A stretch of DNA of 64,000 nucleotides from an uncultured Nitrospirales bacterium (lineage in GTDB: Bacteria > UBA10199 > JADGCS01), in contig CAZGMS010000148.1 of NCBI GenBank assembly GCA_964526915.1, positions 19,063 through 83,062 on the forward strand, written 5' to 3'. Of this stretch, positions 40,262-49,655 are shown piece by piece. The translations under genes and the position numbers were made by a program. The stretch's first letter is position 1, and every line of letters starts with the position of its first letter. The notes beneath the pieces were generated by a model, which ran no database searches, was not told the DNA's origin, and saw only the letters and a program-made list of their open reading frames with translations.

Positions 40262-41060
40262 TTTCCCTATCCACAACACAGACCCTTCTCCCTCCGGGTC
40301 TATCGTGCTGGACGGCCAAACAGTGAATTTTTGCATTCGGCAAAACAAACGCCTTCGGAGAACACGACTCCTTATCTCACCAGAACTTGGCGTGATCATC
40401 GAATCAAAGAAACATATTTCCGTCAGCGCGGCACAACAACTCGTCTTGTGCAAACAAGCCTGGCTAGTCAAAAACCTCGAAATCACCAACAATCGACGCG
40501 AACGTTTTGTCGCCCTCAAAAAGCTCCCAAACAGCACCCTCGTCTTCGGACAAGAAAAGATCATCGTCATCAAAACGGGCCTGCCACAGCAATGCGTCAT
40601 GGAAACAGCGACACAGATCCTGCTTGGGTTTGCCGATCACCAGATCACAACCACACGCCTCAACAAGATCCTCTCAAATTGGTTGAAAGAAAAGGCCCGG
40701 AACTATCTCCCCACCAGGCTCCGTCACCTGAACCGACAGTTCTTCCCTGTCCACAAAAGCTGTGTGCGTGACCAAAAATCTCTGTGGGGATCCTGTAACT
40801 CAAAACACCATCTCAATTTGTCCTGGCGACTGGTCATGGCCCCCGTTCATGCCAGTGACTACATTCTGGTCCACGAGTTGTGTCACACGCAACACCTCAA
40901 CCACTCAAAGTCCTTCTGGGCTCTGGTGCAAACACTCTTTCCGCAATACCAAAAAGCGGAGCAATGGTTCAAGGATTACGGTTTTGTGTTGCATTCCCTG
41001 CCTGAGAGCGCATTTCTCACTGTACTCGGTAAGCAATGCGGGCTAAAGGGCGTCTCATGA
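40233..41060 (+). CDS. YgjP-like (DUF45 / WLM-type) zinc metallohydrolase
   Basis: HELCHTQHLNHSKSFW zincin-like motif characteristic of YgjP/UTP-pyrophosphatase-like proteins; stop overlaps the speA start (ATGA). Confidence 0.6.
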   Translation: MSANFAAAIDFPIHNTDPSPSGSIVLDGQTVNFCIRQNKRLRRTRLLISPELGVIIESKKHISVSAAQQLVLCKQAWLVKNLEITNNRRERFVALKKLPNSTLVFGQEKIIVIKTGLPQQCVMETATQILLGFADHQITTTRLNKILSNWLKEKARNYLPTRLRHLNRQFFPVHKSCVRDQKSLWGSCNSKHHLNLSWRLVMAPVHASDYILVHELCHTQHLNHSKSFWALVQTLFPQYQKAEQWFKDYGFVLHSLPESAFLTVLGKQCGLKGVS

Positions 41061-42991
41061 AAAAACCTTCTTGGAACAAAATAAAATCGGACGAGGTTTT
41101 CAACATTTCGGGCTGGGGCTCACCCTATTTCTCGATCAACCGTCACGGTGACGTGGCTGTTCACCCACGGGGAAAAAAGAATCGCTCATTCAGCCTAAAA
41201 ATATTGGTCGATCAGATTATCGAAAGAAGCATCCAAACACCTTTCCTGCTCAGATTCAATGATATCCTGCTTCACAGATTGGCCTGCATCAAGCAGGCCT
41301 TCGAAACTTCAATCTCCGAATATGATTACAAAGGAGGACACTCCATCATTTATCCCATCAAGGTCAACCAACAAAGACATGTAGTAGAACGCATTGCGGA
41401 CTTTAATCAAAAAAACAACAACGGCCTGGAGGCGGGTTCAAAGCCCGAACTCCTGGCCATCATGGCGCTTTCCAGGGATCCCAAAACCCCCATTGTGTGC
41501 AACGGCTACAAAGACGAAGAATATTTTGAAATCGCCCTCATGGGCATGAAGATCGGCAAGCAGATATACCCTGTCATCGAAAAATATTCGGAATTCGAAA
41601 CCTTGATCAAGGTATCAAAAAAACTCAATATCAATCCCGAATTTGGTGTCCGCATCAAGCTCTCTACGAAAGGATCGGGCCGCTGGCAAAAGTCTGGCGG
41701 GTTTCGTTCGAAGTTTGGACTCACCATCAATGAAGTCGTAAAAGGCGTCGGCGTGCTGAAAAAAGCAGGCCTGCTCGATGGCTTCAAACTATTGCATTTT
41801 CACCAAGGCTCGCAAATCACCAACATCAGCACTATCAAGAGTTCGCTCAAGGAAGCGGGGCGCGTGTACGTCGAGCTGATTAAGCTGGGTGTGCCTCTGT
41901 CCATTTTAGATGTCGGCGGCGGTTTGGGCGTTGATTACAACGGAACCGGCACGAATGATGACAGCTCCGCCAACTACACTTTGCAGGAATACGCCAATGA
42001 CATCATCTTTCAGGTCAAAGAAATCTGCGATGAAGCTGGTATTGATCACCCCACCATCTTTACCGAAAGCGGACGCGCGGTCGCGGCACATCACTCGGTG
42101 CTCGTTTTTGAGGTGTTGGGGTTTTCCGGTTATGATCGCTCGGACCTTCCCACAAAAACAAAAAAAGCCTGGACCAAACCACTCAAGGAATTATTTGAAA
42201 TTCGCCAAGCCCTCAAGTGGGAAAAAGACAGCACCCGCACGATGGAACATTATCACGATTCCGTCTCTAATTTTCAAGAATGTCAAAATCTGTTTGGACT
42301 CGGCTACATGAACATCGAGGAGCGGGGCCTGGCGGAGGAGTTTTATTTCAGTTCCCTCAAGCGCTGTCTGACCATTCTGGAAAAAGACGAAGAATACAAA
42401 AACGAAGTGGCCGACCTGGAAGAGACACTGTCTGACACCTACTTTGGCAACTTTAGTGTGTTCCAATCATTACCCGACCATTGGGCCATTGGCCAACAAT
42501 TTCCAATCATGCCCATTCACCGTCTTAACGAAGAACCCACCTCCTCCGCCATCATCGCCGACATCACCTGCGACAGCGACGGCAAGGTGGACCGCTTTGT
42601 GGGCGAAGGTGAAGGCAAACGAACCATCAAACTCCACCCACTGGATGATAAGGAATATTATCTCGGCGCGTTTCTGGTGGGTGCGTATCAGGAAACCCTG
42701 GGCGATTTGCACAATCTTTTCGGAGACACCAATGCCGTGCATGTGAGCATCGACAATAAAGGCCGACCGCTCATTGACACAATTGTCAAAGGTGATACCG
42801 TGAGAGAAATTCTGGGTTATGTACAGTACGACGTGGAATCTCTGTTGGACAAAATGCTCAAGCAGGTGGAAAAGGCCGTACACAAAGGGCTTATCTCGTT
42901 CAAGGAGTCAGGCACGCTTTTTAAATTCTACGAAACCGCCATTGAAGGTTACACCTATCTGGAAGACTGGGTGACACGGGGTGAGTATTGA
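41057..42991 (+). CDS. speA: biosynthetic arginine decarboxylase
   Basis: PLP Lys motif YPIKVNQQ, GSKPEL, CDSDG; about 640 aa SpeA architecture. Confidence 0.85.
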   Translation: MKKPSWNKIKSDEVFNISGWGSPYFSINRHGDVAVHPRGKKNRSFSLKILVDQIIERSIQTPFLLRFNDILLHRLACIKQAFETSISEYDYKGGHSIIYPIKVNQQRHVVERIADFNQKNNNGLEAGSKPELLAIMALSRDPKTPIVCNGYKDEEYFEIALMGMKIGKQIYPVIEKYSEFETLIKVSKKLNINPEFGVRIKLSTKGSGRWQKSGGFRSKFGLTINEVVKGVGVLKKAGLLDGFKLLHFHQGSQITNISTIKSSLKEAGRVYVELIKLGVPLSILDVGGGLGVDYNGTGTNDDSSANYTLQEYANDIIFQVKEICDEAGIDHPTIFTESGRAVAAHHSVLVFEVLGFSGYDRSDLPTKTKKAWTKPLKELFEIRQALKWEKDSTRTMEHYHDSVSNFQECQNLFGLGYMNIEERGLAEEFYFSSLKRCLTILEKDEEYKNEVADLEETLSDTYFGNFSVFQSLPDHWAIGQQFPIMPIHRLNEEPTSSAIIADITCDSDGKVDRFVGEGEGKRTIKLHPLDDKEYYLGAFLVGAYQETLGDLHNLFGDTNAVHVSIDNKGRPLIDTIVKGDTVREILGYVQYDVESLLDKMLKQVEKAVHKGLISFKESGTLFKFYETAIEGYTYLEDWVTRGEY

Positions 42992-43016
42992 AAAACCGGT
43001 TCCCTGTTCACTAAAC

Positions 43017-43046
43017 TAGACTTTATATAGTCTGATTTATAAAGTT
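43017..43046 (+). terminator. weak intrinsic terminator after speA
   Basis: AGACT-TTATAT-AGTCT hairpin followed by a T-rich run. Confidence 0.35.
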
Positions 43047-43093
43047 TGGTTTATGATTGGGACTACAAATCGTTTTGCGGCGGTAAATGTTGG

Positions 43094-43178
43094 GGATCAC
43101 CAGTTTTTTGCCAAAATCGTTTATGGGCAAACTATTCATGTTCATAAAATGATTGGCCTATGTGCACATTGAGGGCGA
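43094..43178. repeat. ~85-bp direct repeat, copy 1 (about 85% identical to 44884-44968) containing palindromic operator ATGTGCACAT
   Basis: GGGGATCACCAGTTTTTTGCCAAAATCGTTTATGGGCAAACTATTCATGTTCATAAAATGATTGG...TGTGCACATTGA versus the second copy; 10-bp perfect palindrome at 43160-43169. Confidence 0.7.
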
Positions 43179-43226
43179 AAATAACGCTTTTTAAATTTGA
43201 TTGTGTAGGTTTTTTTTACATCACTA

Positions 43227-43255
43227 TTGACAAATATATTTACATTGCTGATAAT
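43227..43255 (+). promoter_or_regulatory. sigma70-type promoter for the HTH-Panacea gene
   Basis: TTGACA (43227-43232), 17-bp spacer, GATAAT (43250-43255); 27 nt upstream of ATG 43283. Confidence 0.55.
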
Positions 43256-43282
43256 GGATGAATCAAGAACGGGGCTCCTGAT

Positions 43283-44056
43283 ATGCTGGCAAAATTCATT
43301 CAACAACAACGCCACCTGCACAAGCTGACGCAAGGCCATCTCGCCTCGCTGCTGGGCATTTCACGCCCCACCTACATTCAAATCGAACGCGGCGAACGGG
43401 AATTGACGATCACTGAAGCGAAAAAACTGGCAAACGTTTTCGATCTTTCTTTCGAAGATTTTCTAGCTGGCAAAACTCATCAACACAAAGTGATTCTGGA
43501 ACAGAGTAAAAAAGTGGATGCTCCGATGACAAAACTTCAAATCCGCATCACAGAAAAAAATCTTGGTAAGTTCAAGCAGGTTTTGTTGTACATTCTGGGA
43601 AAAGTCGGGGGCAAACCGAACGTGGGCGAAACCGTTCTCCACAAGCTGCTCTACTTCATCGATTTCGATTACTACGAAAAATATGAAGAAAATCTGATGG
43701 GAGCCACCTACATCAAAAATTATCACGGCCCCACTTCCGTTGAGCTTGGCGCGGTTCTCAAGGATATGCAGAAAAACGGAGACCTCGAGGCCGTAACCAG
43801 CAACTATTTTAAGTACGAACAAAAAAAATATCTGCCGCACAAAAAGGCAAATCTGGCCCAGCTTTCGGCGCGCGAGATTGAACACATCGACAACGTCTTG
43901 GCCAGGCTTTCGGATAAAAATGCCAAAGAGATAGAAAATTATTCCCACGACGACATCCCGTGGAAAACAGCCAAAAAAGGCGAACCACTATCATACGAGA
44001 GCGTCTTTTATCGTGATGAAAAGTATTCCGTAAGAAATTATGACGATACGCTTTAA
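43283..44056 (+). CDS. XRE-family HTH fused to Panacea (DUF4065) domain, putative type II antitoxin
   Basis: N-terminal HTH_3 (LTQGHLASLLGISRPTYIQIERGER); C-terminal GGKPNVGETVLHKLLYFIDFDYYEKYEENLMGATYIKNYHGP matching DUF4065/SocA-like Panacea. Confidence 0.6.
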   Translation: MLAKFIQQQRHLHKLTQGHLASLLGISRPTYIQIERGERELTITEAKKLANVFDLSFEDFLAGKTHQHKVILEQSKKVDAPMTKLQIRITEKNLGKFKQVLLYILGKVGGKPNVGETVLHKLLYFIDFDYYEKYEENLMGATYIKNYHGPTSVELGAVLKDMQKNGDLEAVTSNYFKYEQKKYLPHKKANLAQLSAREIEHIDNVLARLSDKNAKEIENYSHDDIPWKTAKKGEPLSYESVFYRDEKYSVRNYDDTL

Positions 44057-44378
44057 CGAGTTGCCGTCTTTTGCAAAAGAATTTCGGCGACTCGCAAAAA
44101 AATACAAATCATTGCCAGCGGATCTAGAAGAATTTAAACACATTCTCTCTTCCCTGCCTTTGGGCACCAACAAACATTTCAATGTCATCACAAAAAATGA
44201 GCAATGCGTCGTTCTGAAAGCGCGCTTTTTTTGTCGCTACCTGAAAGGTTCATCGTTGCGAATCATTTACGGGTACAAAGAAAAAACAGCCTCCATCGAT
44301 TTCATCGAAATATATTTCAAGGGCGAAAAAGAAAGTGAAGACCGAAATAAGATTTGTGAATATTTAGAATCCATTTGA
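44040..44378 (+). CDS. small RelE/ParE-superfamily-like putative toxin
   Basis: 112 aa, overlaps the upstream gene by 17 nt; C-terminal SLRIIYGYKEK...IDFIEIYFKGEKE resembles the RelE/YafQ beta-sheet core. Confidence 0.35.
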   Translation: MTIRFNELPSFAKEFRRLAKKYKSLPADLEEFKHILSSLPLGTNKHFNVITKNEQCVVLKARFFCRYLKGSSLRIIYGYKEKTASIDFIEIYFKGEKESEDRNKICEYLESI

Positions 44379-44379
44379 T

Positions 44380-44979
44380 TTACACCGACGCCACCATCAA
44401 GCGGGCGCGCTCTGCCAAACTGAGGCTGCTCAAGCCAAAAAACCGGTAAAGACGCTTGAAATATTCCACATCACCCAGAGCATCACGATACCCATTGAGC
44501 CTCACCAAACTTCCCAGCGGCAAAGAAATAACGGGACGGAATTTGAACTCCAAATCCATTCCCTGTTCCGCATAAATCGTCTCCAATTGATTTTGAATGA
44601 AAAACAATCTTTCGACAGGTTCATTGATTGCGGGCATATCGCGCATCCCCATAATCTGGCGTACAACAACCACAAAATCTTGAGGCACAGAATCCAGTTC
44701 AAATATCTCTCGCGCGTTCTCTGTTACATAAGAAACCATTTTCTCCTGTGAATCGGGTGTTACCGCAAACAACAACCGGAAAAGATTCTTGAAAAGCCCA
44801 ATCCCCTGATTGGGCCCTGTCTCTATAGCAGAATCAAAACTACGATCAAAACGAGCATAATCTGTTCTGACCAGATGTTTGGGGGTCACCAATTTTATGC
44901 CAAAATCGTTTATGGGCAAACTATTCATGTGCATAAAATGATTTGTTGACTTATATGCACATTGATATAAAATGTGCAT
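44380..44979 (-). CDS. hypothetical protein (5' end and promoter duplicated in the 43094-43178 repeat)
   Basis: 199 aa with no recognised motif; N-terminal codons MHMNSLPINDFGIKLVTP are also present at 43094-43150 (reverse strand). Confidence 0.3.
   Translation of the reverse strand: MHILYQCAYKSTNHFMHMNSLPINDFGIKLVTPKHLVRTDYARFDRSFDSAIETGPNQGIGLFKNLFRLLFAVTPDSQEKMVSYVTENAREIFELDSVPQDFVVVVRQIMGMRDMPAINEPVERLFFIQNQLETIYAEQGMDLEFKFRPVISLPLGSLVRLNGYRDALGDVEYFKRLYRFFGLSSLSLAERARLMVASV
44884..44968. repeat. ~85-bp direct repeat, copy 2, with operator ATATGCACAT-N9-ATGTGCATAT overlapping a TATAAT box
   Basis: Inverted repeat 44953-44982; TATAAT at 44979-44984; lies between divergent genes 44380-44979 (-) and fic (+). 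Confidence 0.7.
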
Positions 44980-44989
44980 ATAATGTTTC

Positions 44990-46069
44990 GTGACTTTTTA
45001 TGCACATTTTATGAATTTTGAAACCAGAAAAAACAAAATCATTGAATTTCTTAAGACCTATGGACGCATCACCAGCAGAGATGTCCAGGGTTTGACAGGA
45101 GGGCATCGTAACACAGCGCTTCAGGATTTGAAAAAACTTGAGGAAGCGAAGATGATCCAGGCGTTTGGTGTCGGCAAAGGCACCTATTATCAACTCGTCC
45201 AACAAATCATTTTTGAGCCTGCTGTCATCCTGAAAATCTTTGAGAAAAAACAAAAAGAAAAGCTGGAAAAATATTTCAAACAGGCCGGCCGTCGTCCGGT
45301 TTTCTTTGATAGGGTTAAAGACTTGGCCTTACAGGCGGATTTTTCTGTGCCAGACCTTTTCAATCAAAAAATCAATGTGTTTAATTCGCGTGTTAATGAC
45401 ACAAAAAAACTTTTATCTGCTCACGAACAAAAAAGAAAAAAACAGAAACTGGTGATCGATTTGTCCTGGGCCTCTTCGCACATAGAAGGCAACACCTATT
45501 CTCTTTTGGAAACGGAGAGCTTGATCGAACATCAAGAAACGGCTCATGGCAAAAAGTATACCGAAGCCAAAATGATTCTCAATCATAAACAGGCCATCGA
45601 GCACATCAGGAAATACAAGGGTTATAAAACATTGCACAGAAGAGGGATTTTTGAATTGCACCAGATTCTTATTGATGGTCTGGATGTTGAAACGGGTTTG
45701 AGAAAACAGTTGGTCCGCATTTCAAACAGCAGTTTCGTGTCTTGTGACAATGAATTCCAGATCACCCAGACGCTGGATGAAATCATAACGGTGATCAATG
45801 AAAGAGAATCGGTTCTGGAAAAAGCCGTGATGGCTAATCTCCTCGTGGCCTTTCTACAACCCTTTGCTGACGGGAACAAAAGAACATCGCGCATGCTGGG
45901 CAACGCCATTCTGGTGTCACACGGGTTGTTGCCCATTTCATTTTCACACACACCGAAAGACGATTACATCAAAGCCATGCTCTTTTTTTACGAAAAGCAG
46001 AATCCCCGCTACTTTATGTCCCTTTTTTTCAACGAGCTGAATCAATCGTTTGTGGAGTACATTGGTTAA
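44990..46069 (+). CDS. Fic/Doc-family protein with N-terminal winged-helix and degenerate Fic motif
   Basis: Fic core ...SHIEGNTYSLLETE... and motif QPFADGNKRTSR (canonical HPFx[DE]GNGRxxR: His replaced by Gln, GNGR by GNKR). Confidence 0.65.
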   Translation: MTFYAHFMNFETRKNKIIEFLKTYGRITSRDVQGLTGGHRNTALQDLKKLEEAKMIQAFGVGKGTYYQLVQQIIFEPAVILKIFEKKQKEKLEKYFKQAGRRPVFFDRVKDLALQADFSVPDLFNQKINVFNSRVNDTKKLLSAHEQKRKKQKLVIDLSWASSHIEGNTYSLLETESLIEHQETAHGKKYTEAKMILNHKQAIEHIRKYKGYKTLHRRGIFELHQILIDGLDVETGLRKQLVRISNSSFVSCDNEFQITQTLDEIITVINERESVLEKAVMANLLVAFLQPFADGNKRTSRMLGNAILVSHGLLPISFSHTPKDDYIKAMLFFYEKQNPRYFMSLFFNELNQSFVEYIG

Positions 46070-46205
46070 TAAATTTTTCTTTCAGATAGTCTTGAGATAC
46101 TTTTGATAAACCCAAGAGGAATATTGGCGTGAATGTTTCTTCAGTTTTTTTGTTCAACCGGTCACAATAAAGCATTTCAGTAAAGAGAGGCAAGACACTC
46201 CTACA

Positions 46206-46236
46206 CTCCTAATTATTATTTTTTAGGAGCTTTTTG
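46206..46236 (+). terminator. intrinsic terminator downstream of fic
   Basis: CTCCTAA-N10-TTAGGAG hairpin followed by CTTTTT. Confidence 0.4.
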
Positions 46237-46754
46237 AGGAATTCCAGATCCTGCTTATCACGTGAGTCTCCTCGCGACGTGACGGCCAGTTGCTTGAGTT
46301 GAAAAAGGTGTGTTGGGGAAGCAATCCAAAATGTCTTTGAATCTATTTTTAGTTTTATGGCTTCTTTGAGGAGCTTTGACGCTGAAATGGGAAAATCGAA
46401 TAGAAGGTCAATTTTTAGGCCTGTTTTGCTATTATAAAAGAAAGCACTTGTTGGCTTATTAATTTTTAAATGATGAATTGCCTCCTGTTTAGTTTTAAAA
46501 GTCTTTATAATTTGGCCACGATCGTTGATCTGAGACGCAAGAACAAATCCTTTTTTATAAAAGGTCTTCACGAATTCATCAATCCGGTGGCGTGGATTTT
46601 TTATCACGAAATCAACATCCCTGGTCACTCGCTCAGAACCAAGAATCACAAGTGCCAAGCCACCGATCATGACAGGCCGCCAACCCTGCACAACAAGATC
46701 GTTGAGAATATCGCCAATCATTGAAGGATCAATGAGACTGATTTTGTTTTTCAT
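46209..46754 (-). CDS. nucleotidyltransferase-fold protein (putative)
   Basis: GGLALVILGSERVTRDVDFVI fits the minimal NTase hG[GS]...DxD pattern; about 180 aa. Confidence 0.35.
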   Translation of the reverse strand: MKNKISLIDPSMIGDILNDLVVQGWRPVMIGGLALVILGSERVTRDVDFVIKNPRHRIDEFVKTFYKKGFVLASQINDRGQIIKTFKTKQEAIHHLKINKPTSAFFYNSKTGLKIDLLFDFPISASKLLKEAIKLKIDSKTFWIASPTHLFQLKQLAVTSRGDSRDKQDLEFLKKLLKNNN

Positions 46755-46974
46755 AAGCAGATCTTAAAGCGTCGATGGTGTTGACATAGGCAAAGTTCAA
46801 TTTAATCCGCTTGGCTGCCAGTAGCGAAAAAGCACGGGCCTGGCCACCCATCGAGGCAATTTCTTTCTTTCTTTCAGGTAACAATTTTTTTGCCCGAGCC
46901 TGACCTCCCAAACTCCCCAGTTTTTTGGCCATGCTGTTGATTTTCATGATAATATTATACTTCGCGCTAAGCAT
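46729..46974 (-). CDS. KGG-repeat general stress protein-like (YciG-like)
   Basis: Two KKLGSLGGQARA / KKEIASMGGQARA repeats resembling the KGG stress-protein repeat; true start probably ATG 46947 or 46932. Confidence 0.35.
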   Translation of the reverse strand: MLSAKYNIIMKINSMAKKLGSLGGQARAKKLLPERKKEIASMGGQARAFSLLAAKRIKLNFAYVNTIDALRSAYEKQNQSH

Positions 46975-47072
46975 AATTTCAAGAGACTTTTTCGATAATA
47001 GGTGGGGGGCTTTTTTGTCGACAGAACCAGAATGGCCTGCCGTTACCGTAACATTGACCGATCAGGAAAAAA

Positions 47073-48521
47073 TTATTTTCTCTGATAATCAAAAATATTC
47101 CCGCGTCCAAAGATCCAATCGGGATCCCACTTGTTTTTGATGGCCAACATCTGGCGGATGACCTTGCTGTTGTGTTGCACCACCAGTAAATTGCGCTTGA
47201 TCTTGCCGAGTCCATGTTCGCCAGCTACGCCGCCATCATAATAAACAACTTGTTCGCATTGTTGCCGCACAAAATCCAGGGCCTTTTGCCTCTGTTCGGC
47301 GTCTTTGGTCAAAAAGTTCCAATGAGGGTGGCCATCACCAATGTGTCCAAAAACAATGAAAGGGATTTTGAGTTCATTGGCTTTTTTATACACGCGTGTC
47401 ATCATATCGTACAGATGTTGCGGTGGCACCCACCAATCGGTCCCCACCTTCCCGCCACCTTGCTCCGTGTATTTCATGTATTCCTCATTGACCATGAGCG
47501 GAATGTAATGACGGCTTTCGTGAATGTCCTTCATCTGCTGATCGGTCTTGGCCAAAAACACACGATCAATGGCCTCTTGGTCGCCAACTTGTCGGTAGAT
47601 TTGTGTCAGCAACATGTACCAAACATCCAGCTGTTCTTTAAAATCGCTTTCGTGGGCATATTCTTCTTTGACGTACAAAAAACAAGCCTCATTGTGGAGT
47701 TCCGTGGGGCACGCCGGACAGGCCTTGAAATAGTCCACCGCACCCGGCCCAATCAGCTCAAGGGCCACAGGAAGCCGTTCCTTTTTTAACAACAAGGTGG
47801 CCGCCTTGATGCATTTTTCAAAGCCCGTGAAGGGCAACAAGAGCAAAAACTCATTAGAGCGCTCTCTCTTGATGATCTTCAATTTGATTTTTTTGATCAG
47901 ACCCAAGGTGCCCTCAGAGCCAATCAATTCGTCGATCTCTTCGCCCTCTAAACAATAACCAGCGGTATTTTTGAGGATCATCATGGGCACGCGCTTTGCC
48001 CGAGATAATATTTTGATCTGTCCGTCTGGACGTAGAACCTCGATCTCGATCACATACTTGCGCGTGGCACCGTATTTGAGACTTCCCTCACCAGTAGCGT
48101 TGGTCGCTACCGTAGAGCCCACAAGGGCCTCCTGGTAACTGGTGGGATCCGGTGGATAATAATAACCCGCCTCCTGAACCGCCTTTTTCAAATCTCCCAA
48201 GATGACCCCCGGTTCAGTTACCACAAAGGCCTCGCCCGTTGCAGAGTCCGTACCAATATCGAGAATCTTGTTTTTGAGTGACAGGGCAATGGCCACACCG
48301 TTGTCGGCAACGGACGCACCTGTCATGGATGTCTGTGAGCCACAAAAGGTCACGGGGATTTTATGAGCGTGACAGTGCGCAACAACTTCCGCGACCGTCT
48401 CCCAATCACCCGCGCGGTACACATAATCGGGTTTGCCACGGTACACAGAATCCTTGGAATATCTTTCGAGCATTTCCGGATCGGAATAAAAATAGTCCTC
48501 AATGTTGATCTTGATTTTCAT
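47073..48521 (-). CDS. FAD-linked oxidase (GlcD / D-lactate dehydrogenase family)
   Basis: PCMH-type FAD-binding N-terminal domain (VTFCGSQTSMTGASV) and FAD-oxidase C-terminal domain. Confidence 0.7.
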   Translation of the reverse strand: MKIKINIEDYFYSDPEMLERYSKDSVYRGKPDYVYRAGDWETVAEVVAHCHAHKIPVTFCGSQTSMTGASVADNGVAIALSLKNKILDIGTDSATGEAFVVTEPGVILGDLKKAVQEAGYYYPPDPTSYQEALVGSTVATNATGEGSLKYGATRKYVIEIEVLRPDGQIKILSRAKRVPMMILKNTAGYCLEGEEIDELIGSEGTLGLIKKIKLKIIKRERSNEFLLLLPFTGFEKCIKAATLLLKKERLPVALELIGPGAVDYFKACPACPTELHNEACFLYVKEEYAHESDFKEQLDVWYMLLTQIYRQVGDQEAIDRVFLAKTDQQMKDIHESRHYIPLMVNEEYMKYTEQGGGKVGTDWWVPPQHLYDMMTRVYKKANELKIPFIVFGHIGDGHPHWNFLTKDAEQRQKALDFVRQQCEQVVYYDGGVAGEHGLGKIKRNLLVVQHNSKVIRQMLAIKNKWDPDWIFGRGNIFDYQRK

Positions 48522-48536
48522 AGGCGTCTTTCCCTA

Positions 48537-49295
48537 TCAAAACACAAACAACCCCGACCCTCCATCAACTTCAAAAATCTGCCCCGTCGTGTAATTGGCT
48601 TGTTCACTGCATAGAAACGTGATGGTGTTGGCGATGTCTTCGGGTTTGCCAAAGCGTCGCATGGGAATTGATTTTTTCATACGCTCCAACATGTCGCCGC
48701 GAATGAAGGTCATGGCAGCTTCGGTTTCCATGATCCCCGGCGCCACAACGTTCACTGTGATGTTCTTGCGCGCTCCCTCCAAGGCCAATGATTTGGCCAA
48801 TCCGATGACGCCCGCCTTGGTCGCCGAATAACTCGTTTGGCCAGAACCACCGCGCGTTCCCGCCACACTGCTCATAAAAACCACTCGTCCCCATTCGTTC
48901 TTTAACAAATGGGGCCAAACCGCACGTGTGACATTGGCAGAACCAATCAGATTGACCTGTATATCACGATCCCATTTTTCGACCGGGATGTCGGCGAAAA
49001 AGCCAACCGTGTTGAGAATGCTGGCGTTGTTGATCACAATGTGAAGACCTCCCAAGTCTGTCACAATTTTTTCTACCGTCTTGGTCACATCGTTCACAGC
49101 GGCGATATCGCACTGGTAGCCCTTGATTGCTATTCCGAGGGCAGACAATTCGCTGACTGTTGCCGAAAGATCGGCGACGTCCATCACGGCAATCTTGGCC
49201 CCGGCCTTACCCAACGCCAGAGCATCGGCCCTTCCCAACCCTTTTCCCGCCGCACCCGTAATGAGCGCCACTTTTCCTGATAAATTGATATTCAT
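48537..49295 (-). CDS. short-chain dehydrogenase/reductase (FabG-like)
   Basis: TGAAGKGLG Rossmann motif, NNAS, catalytic S...YSATK; ATG 49295 with AAGGAG SD. Confidence 0.8.
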   Translation of the reverse strand: MNINLSGKVALITGAAGKGLGRADALALGKAGAKIAVMDVADLSATVSELSALGIAIKGYQCDIAAVNDVTKTVEKIVTDLGGLHIVINNASILNTVGFFADIPVEKWDRDIQVNLIGSANVTRAVWPHLLKNEWGRVVFMSSVAGTRGGSGQTSYSATKAGVIGLAKSLALEGARKNITVNVVAPGIMETEAAMTFIRGDMLERMKKSIPMRRFGKPEDIANTITFLCSEQANYTTGQIFEVDGGSGLFVF

Positions 49296-49349
49296 ACGAG
49301 GTCTCCTTTGTGACCATTGATACCTGCGACGGACGTGTGAAGCAAGATT

Positions 49350-49655
49350 TTATTCAAACACGAAATAGCGAAACAGCTCTTGTGGTTTTATAAAGGAAAT
49401 ATCAGAAGGGTGTAATGCCCCATGAGCCACACGTTGCGGTGCCGGTGAGGATGGGGGTGCAGGCCTTTGGATACGGTCAACTTGGACCGCATGGGTCTTG
49501 TCCTGGGTGCTTTGTGCCTGATGCTGTTGCACATAGGGCGTGAGATCATACCAGGCAACCTGTTGCTGTTGCTCTTGGGCATTGGGTTGTGCTCCAATCA
49601 CAAGCAGAACCAATCCACCAACCAGACCAAACATATATAATACCGCGCGTTTCAT
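49350..49655 (-). CDS. small secreted Gln/Pro-rich hypothetical protein
   Basis: ATG 49655 with GGAGG SD; signal peptide MKRAVLYMFGLVGGLVLLVIGAQP. Confidence 0.35.
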   Translation of the reverse strand: MKRAVLYMFGLVGGLVLLVIGAQPNAQEQQQQVAWYDLTPYVQQHQAQSTQDKTHAVQVDRIQRPAPPSSPAPQRVAHGALHPSDISFIKPQELFRYFVFE

